Origin: Cupriavidus necator
Lineage (GTDB): Bacteria; Pseudomonadota; Gammaproteobacteria; Burkholderiales; Burkholderiaceae
Direction of reading: 5' to 3'
Assembly (NCBI RefSeq): GCF_016127575.1
Contig: NZ_CP066018.1
Span: 3,180,001 to 3,212,000 of the forward strand
Length of the DNA: 32,000 nucleotides
Shown: positions 9,995 through 16,686 of the stretch, in pieces
Layout of the letters: each line of letters begins with the position of its first letter
Position numbering within the stretch: position 1 is the stretch's first letter
Notes under the pieces: generated by a model
What the model saw: the letters and a program-made list of their open reading frames with translations, nothing else
Told to the model about the DNA's origin: nothing
Database searches by the model: none
Position numbers and translations under genes: made by a program

Positions 9995-10020
9995 GCCACT
10001 ATCGCTGACGGAATAACGCC

Positions 10021-11409
10021 ATGAAACTCATCATTCGTACCGGCCTGTCCGCACTTGCGGCTGCCTGCGCCTGCATTGCTCTCCCTGCGCAAGCCGCGGG
10101 CGAGGCCAAGAATGTCATCTTCTTCCTGGGCGACGGCATGGGCCCGACCACCGTCACCGCTTCGCGCATCTACAAGTATGGCGAGACCGGCAAGCTCAAC
10201 ATGGAGTCGCTCAAGCGCACCGCGCGCGTGAAGACGTATTCGAACGACGCGCAGACCACCGACAGCGCACCGTCGATGGCGGCCTACATGACCGGCGTGA
10301 AGATGAACAACGAGGTCATCTCGATGTCGGCCGATACCAAGGCCAGCGACGGCACCGGCAAGGCCTATGTGACCAGCGCCGGCGACAGCACCTGTCCCAG
10401 CGGCAACGGCGCGCCGGTCGTGACCGTGCTGGAACTGGCCAAGGCCGCCGGCAAGTCGGTCGGCGCGGTGACCACCACGCGCGTGACCCACGCAACGCCG
10501 GCGGCCACTTTCTCGCACGTCTGCCACCGCGACGGCGAGAACAATATCGCCGCGCAGGCAACGCCCGGCAACGCCGGCTACAACACCGCGCTCAAGGATG
10601 GCCTGGACGTGCTGCTTGGCGGCGGCCGCCGCCAGTTCCTGCCCGACAGCGTCACGGGTGGCAAGCGCACCGATGGCGTCGACCTGACCACGCAGTTCCC
10701 GGGCTACACCTACGTGACCACCGGCACCGCGTTCAAGGCCGTTGACCCGGCATCCACCAGCAAGCTGCTCGGCCTGTTCAACATGGACCACCTCAACTAC
10801 GAGCTGGACCGCGTCAAGAACAATGTCGACGAGCCCAGCCTGGCCGACATGACCGAGAAGGCCATCCGCATCCTGCAGAAGAACGGCAACGGCTATTTCC
10901 TGATGGTGGAGGGCGGCCGGATCGACCATGCGCTGCATGGCACCAACGCCAAGCGCGCGCTGGAAGACACGATCGCGTTTGACGATGCCATCAAGCGTGC
11001 GCTGTCGATGGTGGACCTGTCGAACACGATGATCGTGGTCACTGCCGACCACGACCATACGATGACGATCAACGGCTACTCGCATCGCGGCAACCCGATC
11101 CTGGGCACGGCAACGGACATCAAGACCAGGCAGCCGGCCACGGCGGCCGACGGCCTGCCTTACACCACGCTGGTGTTCGGCAACGGCGGCGGTCCGCGCA
11201 AGACCCCGCGCGACAACCCCGCGCTGGTGGACACCACGGCCGACGGCTATCTGCAGGAAGTTGGCGTCAACCTTGGCTCGCCGGGCTCGGAAACCCACGG
11301 CGGCGGCGATGTGATGCTGTTCTCGACGGGGCCGGGCAACGCCGCGCTCAAGGGCACCATCGACAACACCAAGGTGTTCAGCGTCGTAAAGTCCGCGCTG
11401 GGCCTGTGA
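10021..11409 (+). CDS. PhoA-family alkaline phosphatase paralog, Sec-secreted (no lipobox)
   Basis: 462 aa. Signal peptide ending ALPAQA-AGE. Same motif set as the upstream gene (GDGMG, TDSAPSMAAYMTGVKMNNEVISM, THATPA, EGGRIDHALH, VTADHDH, ETHGGGDV). Starts 26 nt after the upstream gene. Confidence 0.9.
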   Translation: MKLIIRTGLSALAAACACIALPAQAAGEAKNVIFFLGDGMGPTTVTASRIYKYGETGKLNMESLKRTARVKTYSNDAQTTDSAPSMAAYMTGVKMNNEVISMSADTKASDGTGKAYVTSAGDSTCPSGNGAPVVTVLELAKAAGKSVGAVTTTRVTHATPAATFSHVCHRDGENNIAAQATPGNAGYNTALKDGLDVLLGGGRRQFLPDSVTGGKRTDGVDLTTQFPGYTYVTTGTAFKAVDPASTSKLLGLFNMDHLNYELDRVKNNVDEPSLADMTEKAIRILQKNGNGYFLMVEGGRIDHALHGTNAKRALEDTIAFDDAIKRALSMVDLSNTMIVVTADHDHTMTINGYSHRGNPILGTATDIKTRQPATAADGLPYTTLVFGNGGGPRKTPRDNPALVDTTADGYLQEVGVNLGSPGSETHGGGDVMLFSTGPGNAALKGTIDNTKVFSVVKSALGL

Positions 11410-11458
11410 TGCCGGCCGCGGCCTTGCTGCACGACTGAGCACAGGGTCTTTTGATGCC

Positions 11459-11498
11459 ATGCGCGCGCCGGTTGCCGGCGTGCGCATTTTCGCTTTCT
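11459..11498 (+). terminator. intrinsic-terminator-like hairpin after the second phosphatase
   Basis: 13-bp stem, AUGCGCGCGCCGG (11459-11471) with CCGGCGUGCGCAU (11475-11487), including one G-U pair. 3-nt loop. Followed by TTTCGCTTTCT. Confidence 0.5.
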
Positions 11499-11509
11499 GA
11501 ACGGATTTC

Positions 11510-12205
11510 ATGAAAACCAAGCAAGCCACTCCCGTCCTCGCACTGCTGCTGGTCTCGGCAGCCTTCACTGCCGTGGCGGCGGAACCGTCCAAGGCCTCCG
11601 GCCCGCTGGCGCTGCGCGTGCAGCATGAGTTGTCGGCGCTCGGGGCCGACGGCGTGCGCCGCGACATCTACTTCACCGAACGTGTCTACCGCGAGGGCGG
11701 CACGGTCTGGATCGAGCGCGAGATCCCGCACGGGGCGCACGACGAAGCCGAGCACGCCAAGGCAGACAAGGGCCACAAGCACATGGACATGTCGGCCGCC
11801 GCGCGCTGGATCGAGCGGCAGCCGTCCGGCAAGCTGTCGGTGCGGCTGGTCAGCGACGCCATGCGCAAGACCTTCGAAGTCAGCCCGGCCGAATACGGCA
11901 ACATCGGCTTCGACGGCTCATGGGCGACCGCCTACCACCTGCTGGATCCGGCAGCGCTCAAGACCATGAGCGCGAGCGGTCCTGCACGCGGCGGTGTGCA
12001 GGAGTACCGCGCGAAGCGCGGCGATGAACAGGTGACGGTCCAGTGGGACGTGGCCGGCCAATATCCGCGCCTGGTCCAGTCGCGCAATGCCAGCGGCACG
12101 CAAAAGAAGATCACGCGGGTGACCGCCGCTGCCTTGCCGCAACCCGCTCCGTGGAACCGCACCCGGCCCTATGCGAAAGGTGAGTACACGGATCTGATGG
12201 ACTAG
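11510..12205 (+). CDS. secreted protein of unknown function with a His-rich loop
   Basis: 231 aa. Signal peptide MKTKQATPVLALLLVSAAFTAVAA-EP. Loop PHGAHDEAEHAKADKGHKHMDM (about 11729-11791). GC-rich third codon positions. No family recognised. Confidence 0.7.
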   Translation: MKTKQATPVLALLLVSAAFTAVAAEPSKASGPLALRVQHELSALGADGVRRDIYFTERVYREGGTVWIEREIPHGAHDEAEHAKADKGHKHMDMSAAARWIERQPSGKLSVRLVSDAMRKTFEVSPAEYGNIGFDGSWATAYHLLDPAALKTMSASGPARGGVQEYRAKRGDEQVTVQWDVAGQYPRLVQSRNASGTQKKITRVTAAALPQPAPWNRTRPYAKGEYTDLMD

Positions 12206-12288
12206 TCCGCGGCTATCGCAGGCGCGGTTGTCCTCTGGACAACTCGGACGACGGGCAGGGTGCCAGCGGCGCTTCACCGGATCAGGCA

Positions 12289-12325
12289 TTGCATCAATCC
12301 TATATTTCTAGTATTGTAGAAATAT
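12289..12325 (+). promoter_or_regulatory. putative arsR promoter with a palindromic ArsR operator
   Basis: TTGCAT (12289-12294), 17-nt spacer, TATTGT (12312-12317). Perfect 9-bp inverted repeat ATATTTCTA (12302-12310) / TAGAAATAT (12317-12325) overlaps the -10 and the first two bases of the arsR ATG (12324). AT-rich patch in GC-rich DNA. Confidence 0.5.
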
Positions 12326-12641
12326 GGAAGAATATGATGTTGTCCGCTCCCTTGCAGCCTTGGCCCACGGGCTGCGCCTCCAGGTCTTCCGGATGCTGGT
12401 CGTCGCCGGCCCGGGTGGCATGACGCCCGGCGCGATGGCCGAGCGGCTGGACGTGCCTGCGGCCACCCTGTCGTTCCACCTGAAGGAACTGGCACACGCC
12501 GGCCTGGTGACGCAGGAGCGGGACGGACGCAACCTGATCTACCGCGCCGCTTTCGCGCATATGAGTGCGTTGCTCGGCTACCTGACCGCCAATTGCTGCG
12601 AAGGTGTCGAGGACAAAGCGGCGGTTCCCTGCCACTGCTGA
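12324..12641 (+). CDS. arsR: ArsR/SmtB-family arsenite-responsive repressor
   Basis: 105 aa. Winged-helix core LSFHLKELAHAGLV. No CVC in the DNA-binding helix, but a C-terminal Cys cluster (CCEGVEDKAAVPCHC). Heads the ars operon. Confidence 0.9.
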   Translation: MEEYDVVRSLAALAHGLRLQVFRMLVVAGPGGMTPGAMAERLDVPAATLSFHLKELAHAGLVTQERDGRNLIYRAAFAHMSALLGYLTANCCEGVEDKAAVPCHC

Positions 12642-12654
12642 TGGAGATGTTCCG

Positions 12655-13137
12655 ATGAAGCGCTTTCACGTTCACGTCCATGTCGACGACCTTGGCAAGA
12701 GCATTGCCTTCTATTCGAAGCTCTTTGCCGCTGAACCGACGCGAGTCGAGAGCGACTACGCCAAATGGATGCTCGAGGATCCGCGCATCAACTTCGCGAT
12801 CTCCACGCGCGGCCAGGGGACGGGCGTCGACCATCTCGGTTTCCAGACCGATGACGCCGCCGAGCTTGCTGAACTGAAAGCGCGCGCCGAGGCGGCCGAC
12901 ATGGCGCTGCTGGACCAGGGTGAAACCACTTGCTGCTATGCCCGCAGTGAGAAGCACTGGGTCACCGATCCGCAGGGCATTGCATGGGAGCACTTCCATA
13001 CGCTGGGCAACGTCCCGGTATTTGGTGAAGGCAAGGCTGAAGCGGCGTCCGCCGAAGGCTCCGCCTGCTGTGCACCGCGTGCCCCGCGCGGCAAGCCGAT
13101 CGGAATTGCAGTGAACTCCAACTCGTCGTGCTGCTAA
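12655..13137 (+). CDS. arsI: ArsI-like glyoxalase/dioxygenase-fold protein (putative C-As lyase)
   Basis: 160 aa from MKRFHVHVHVDDLGKSIAFYSKLF, with GGAG upstream. VDHLGFQ and IAWEHF metal-ligand positions. Vicinal cysteines in TTCCYA as in characterised ArsI. Located between arsR and arsC. Confidence 0.8.
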   Translation: MKRFHVHVHVDDLGKSIAFYSKLFAAEPTRVESDYAKWMLEDPRINFAISTRGQGTGVDHLGFQTDDAAELAELKARAEAADMALLDQGETTCCYARSEKHWVTDPQGIAWEHFHTLGNVPVFGEGKAEAASAEGSACCAPRAPRGKPIGIAVNSNSSCC

Positions 13138-13146
13138 GGACTCGCC

Positions 13147-13641
13147 ATGAGCGCCAGCGTCTACAACGTTCTCTTCGTCTGCAACGGCAATTCGGCCCGT
13201 TCGATCCTGGCCGAGGGACTGATGAACCATCTTGGCCAAGGCCGCTTCCGCGGCTATTCGGCAGGCAGCCACCCGACTGGCGTGGTGAACCCGTTCGCGC
13301 TGGAAGCGCTGGAAAAGCTGGGTCTTCCGACCGGCGGGTTCCGCAGCAAGAGCTGGGACGAATTCGCGCGAGATGGCGCCCCGGCGCTCCACTTCGTGTT
13401 CACGGTGTGCGACAAGGCCGCCGGTGAACTCTGCCCGGTCTGGCCGGGCCAGCCGATGACCGCGCATTGGGGCGTGGCGGATCCTGCAGCCGGTGAAGTA
13501 TCGGACGAGCGCAGGCAAAAGCTGGTCCGCGAAGCGGCGGTAATCCTCACGCGACGCATCGAGTACCTGCTCGCACTCCCCATCGATAAACTGGATGCCG
13601 TAGGCCTGCAACAGGCCGTACGGGACATCGGCCAACGCTGA
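13147..13641 (+). CDS. arsC: LMW-PTP-type (thioredoxin-coupled) arsenate reductase
   Basis: 164 aa. P-loop CNGNSARS. Downstream Cys pair VCDKAAGELCPVWPG. Confidence 0.9.
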   Translation: MSASVYNVLFVCNGNSARSILAEGLMNHLGQGRFRGYSAGSHPTGVVNPFALEALEKLGLPTGGFRSKSWDEFARDGAPALHFVFTVCDKAAGELCPVWPGQPMTAHWGVADPAAGEVSDERRQKLVREAAVILTRRIEYLLALPIDKLDAVGLQQAVRDIGQR

Positions 13642-13654
13642 CTCTTTACTGTCC

Positions 13655-14149
13655 ATGACTACAAACGTTCTGATCCTGTGCACCCACAACTCTGCCCGCA
13701 GCGTGCTGAGCGAAGGGATGCTCAACCATTGGGCCAGCAAGCTCGGCAAGGATGTGCGCGCCTTCAGCGCCGGCAGCGCACCGAGCGGGCGCCTGAACCC
13801 GTTCGCACTGGAAGCGCTGACCAGTGCCGGCGTCGACGTGAGCGGCTACCGCAGCAAAAGCTGGGACGAATTCGTCGGCGACAACGCGCCGGAAATGCGG
13901 ATCGTGATCACGGTCTGCGACAGCGCCGCGGCGGAACAGTGCCCATATTGGCCGGGCAGCCCGGTCAAGGTGCACTGGGGCTATGCCGATCCGTCCAACG
14001 CCCTGGGCGGCGACGAGGGCAAGCGCCTGGCATTCGAGCTGACGCGCGAGGCCATTGGCTACCGCATGCTGCAACTGCTGGCGTTGCCGCTGGAAGGCAT
14101 GAGCAATGCGCAGCTGCAGGACGCGCTCAACGCGATCGCGAAGAACTGA
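13655..14149 (+). CDS. arsC: second LMW-PTP-type arsenate reductase paralog
   Basis: 164 aa. P-loop CTHNSARS. Cys pair VCDSAAAEQCPYWPG. Confidence 0.88.
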   Translation: MTTNVLILCTHNSARSVLSEGMLNHWASKLGKDVRAFSAGSAPSGRLNPFALEALTSAGVDVSGYRSKSWDEFVGDNAPEMRIVITVCDSAAAEQCPYWPGSPVKVHWGYADPSNALGGDEGKRLAFELTREAIGYRMLQLLALPLEGMSNAQLQDALNAIAKN

Positions 14150-14165
14150 AGGCGCCGGAACTCCA

Positions 14166-15242
14166 ATGAATCAGAACGCAACCACCCACGCCCCCATTTC
14201 GACCAAGCCCGCCATCGGCTTCTTTGAACGCTACCTGACCATCTGGGTGGCCCTGTGCATCGTCGTCGGGATTGCGCTGGGGCAGGCGATGCCGGGCGCG
14301 TTCCAGGCGATCGGCAGCATGGAGTACGCCCAGGTGAACCTGCCGGTCGGCATCCTCATCTGGATCATGATTATCCCGATGCTGCTGAAGATCGACTTCG
14401 GCGCACTGGGCCAGGTGAAATCCCACTGGCGCGGCATCGGTGTGACGCTGTTCATCAATTGGGCGGTCAAGCCGTTCTCGATGGCGCTGCTGGGCTGGCT
14501 GTTCGTGCGGCACCTGTTTGCGCCCATGCTGCCCGCCGAGCAGCTCGACAGCTATATCGCCGGGCTGATCCTGCTGGCCGCGGCGCCGTGCACGGCGATG
14601 GTGTTCGTGTGGAGCCAGCTGTGCAAGGGCGACCCGTATTTCACGCTGTCGCAGGTGGCGCTGAACGATGCCATCATGGTGGTGGCGTTCGCGCCGGTGG
14701 TGGCGCTGCTGCTTGGCCTGTCGTCGATCACGGTGCCGTGGGATACGCTGCTGACGTCGGTGGCGCTGTATATCGTGGTGCCGGTGGCGATTTCGCAGGT
14801 GTTGCGCAAGCTGCTGCTGAGCAAGGGCGTGGCGCATTTCCAGCGGGTCGTGGGCAAGCTCGGTCCTTATTCCATCGCCGCGCTGCTGCTGACGCTGGTG
14901 CTGCTGTTCGCGTTCCAGGGCCAGGCCATCATCGAGCAACCGCTGGTGATCGCGCTGCTGGCCGTGCCCATCCTGATCCAGGTGTTCCTGAACTCCGGCC
15001 TGGCGTATCTGCTGAACCGGAAACTGGGTGTGGCGCATTGCGTGGCGGGCCCGTCCTCGCTGATCGGCGCCAGCAATTTCTTCGAGCTGGCCGTGGCGAC
15101 GGCCATCAGCCTGTTCGGCTTCAAGTCCGGGGCGGCGCTGGCAACGGTGGTCGGCGTGCTGATTGAAGTGCCGGTCATGCTGCTGGTGGTCAGCATCGTC
15201 AATCGGACCCAAGGTTGGTATGAAGCGGGGCGCAAGGCCTGA
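14166..15242 (+). CDS. acr3: ACR3-family arsenite efflux permease
   Basis: 358 aa from MNQNATTHAPISTKPAIGFFERYLTIWV. Conserved LLAAAPCTAMVFVWS Cys and NFFELAVATAI Glu. About 10 TM segments. The track start at 14106 lies inside arsC and is rejected. Confidence 0.92.
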   Translation: MNQNATTHAPISTKPAIGFFERYLTIWVALCIVVGIALGQAMPGAFQAIGSMEYAQVNLPVGILIWIMIIPMLLKIDFGALGQVKSHWRGIGVTLFINWAVKPFSMALLGWLFVRHLFAPMLPAEQLDSYIAGLILLAAAPCTAMVFVWSQLCKGDPYFTLSQVALNDAIMVVAFAPVVALLLGLSSITVPWDTLLTSVALYIVVPVAISQVLRKLLLSKGVAHFQRVVGKLGPYSIAALLLTLVLLFAFQGQAIIEQPLVIALLAVPILIQVFLNSGLAYLLNRKLGVAHCVAGPSSLIGASNFFELAVATAISLFGFKSGAALATVVGVLIEVPVMLLVVSIVNRTQGWYEAGRKA

Positions 15243-15297
15243 CGCCCGCCCCAAGGCACTCCGATCCCGGCGGCCGTGATGCTCGGGCTGCCATGGC

Positions 15298-15663
15298 TCA
15301 GGCCGCTTCGGTCGAGACGCCGCGGCCTTTGGTGGCCGCCGGCTTGCATGCCACTTCCGGCACGCCGCAGCCCTGCGGATTGCCTTGGCAGCAATGTTCC
15401 GTCAGGAAGGCAATGAGCGCGTTCATCGTCTCGAATTGCGCCCGGTAGATCACGAACTTGCCTTCCTGCGTATTCTTGATGAGACCCGCGTGGACCAGTT
15501 CTTTCAGATGGAAGGACAGCGTCGCGGGTGCGACACCCAGCGCTTCGCGGATCCGGCCCGCGCTGACGCCGTCCGGGCCGGCCTGGACCAGCAAGCGGAA
15601 GATCGCCAATCGGGAATCCTGGGCAAGTGCAGCGAGCGCTGCTACGGCGGTTTCATTCTTCAT
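15298..15663 (-). CDS. second ArsR-family regulator, convergent with acr3
   Basis: 121 aa. LSFHLKELVHAGLI core. C-terminal HCCQGNPQGCGVPEVAC cluster. Clear paralog of the first arsR. Confidence 0.85.
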   Translation of the reverse strand: MKNETAVAALAALAQDSRLAIFRLLVQAGPDGVSAGRIREALGVAPATLSFHLKELVHAGLIKNTQEGKFVIYRAQFETMNALIAFLTEHCCQGNPQGCGVPEVACKPAATKGRGVSTEAA

Positions 15664-15816
15664 TGGTCGAACTGTAGAGGTACTGGCGCGGTCCGCGCAA
15701 GTCAGGTGCCGTCGAATTCAACTATTCTGATTGGATCCTGCTTCCGGCGCCCGCCGCCGCGGCGGTTCCCGCTTCGGGGTCTTGTGGCGCCAACGATTCC
15801 TTCAAGGAGAACCACA

Positions 15817-16254
15817 ATGCGTGTCATGGTGATGGTGAAGGCCACGAGCGAATCAGAAAGCGGCAAGATGCCAAGCACGGAGTTGCTTGCGGCAATGGGC
15901 AAGTTCAATGAAGAGCTCGTCAAGGCGGGCGTCATGCTTGCGGGCGAGGGCTTGCACCCTAGCGCAAGGGGAAAGCGGGTGCGCTTTTCGGGCGATCAGC
16001 GGACTGTGACGGACGGGCCGTTCCCGCAGACCAGCGAACTCGTTGCCGGGTTCTGGTTGTGGCAAGTCGAGTCAATGGATGAGGCTGTCGAATGGGTCAG
16101 GCGCTGCCCCAATCCCATGGAAAGCGAGTCCGAAATCGAAATTCGCCCGCTGTTCGAGGTCGAGGACTTCGGTGCTGAATTCACGCCAGAACTGCGGGAG
16201 CAGGAAGAGCGGCTGCGCGCTGAAGTTGAAGGGCTTGCGAACAAGGCGCGCTGA
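15817..16254 (+). CDS. YciI-family (DGPF-motif) protein
   Basis: 145 aa from MRVMVMVKATSESE, with AAGGAGA RBS. TDGPFPQTSELVAGFWLWQV is a typical YCII-like domain. Divergent from the second arsR. The track start at 15385 is rejected. Confidence 0.8.
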   Translation: MRVMVMVKATSESESGKMPSTELLAAMGKFNEELVKAGVMLAGEGLHPSARGKRVRFSGDQRTVTDGPFPQTSELVAGFWLWQVESMDEAVEWVRRCPNPMESESEIEIRPLFEVEDFGAEFTPELREQEERLRAEVEGLANKAR

Positions 16255-16520
16255 CGGGAGCCCAAACGCACAGGGCAAGGCGGTTGCCTCGCCGCCCAAC
16301 GCTGGTTCTTTCGGCGTTGTCCATCTCCACGGCATGGAGCACCGTAGACCTGGGTGTCCTCTTGCGGGGCGCGCCGAATGCAAAAGGTGTGCGCGTCCAT
16401 CGACCGTAGTCATCTCTTCGGCGGCTGACCTCGCCCCTGAAGGCGACGTCTCATTGGCGGCCAACTGATCCTGGACCGAGGCGCGTTGGCCTTTGAGCAC
16501 AGTCCCGTGCTTCCTTGGCC

Positions 16521-16551
16521 TTGACCTTCCAACGATGGGAACCTCTAGGCT
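16521..16551 (+). promoter_or_regulatory. CueR/MerR-type promoter (19-bp spacer) upstream of the P1B ATPase
   Basis: TTGACC (16521-16526), 19-nt spacer TTCCAACGATGGGAACCTC, TAGGCT (16546-16551). Imperfect dyad CCTTCC-N7-GGAACC. The opening TTGACCTTCC matches E. coli PcopA as I recall it. Confidence 0.45.
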
Positions 16552-16686
16552 GGGGTCATCAGGCGTGACATGGACGTCCCACCGCGAATGGCCGTCGTCT
16601 TCGCATCATGAGCGTGTCATGAAGGTAAAAGGCACGCCGGATGACGCAGTGGATGCCCGGCCCGACAACTGAAGGAAGCAGCCAGG

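Noticed and set aside
8555-11667. 442-aa and 558-aa ORFs antisense to the two alkaline phosphatase genes.
   Set aside because: Same GC-rich antisense artefact. The phosphatase frames carry all catalytic motifs and proper signal peptides and RBSs.
12274-15254. 491-aa ORF (12274-13749) and 375-aa ORF (14127-15254) antisense to the ars operon.
   Set aside because: Both span several real genes on the other strand and lack recognisable domains. Their composition (Arg/His/Gln runs) is characteristic of a reversed GC-rich coding frame.
16255-16520. Possible remnant of a divergent cueR/merR gene upstream of the MerR-type promoter.
   Set aside because: I translated the forward and reverse frames by eye and found no MerR HTH (IGELA..TGV...IRYYE) or C-terminal Cys-loop motif. 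The region remains unexplained non-coding DNA.
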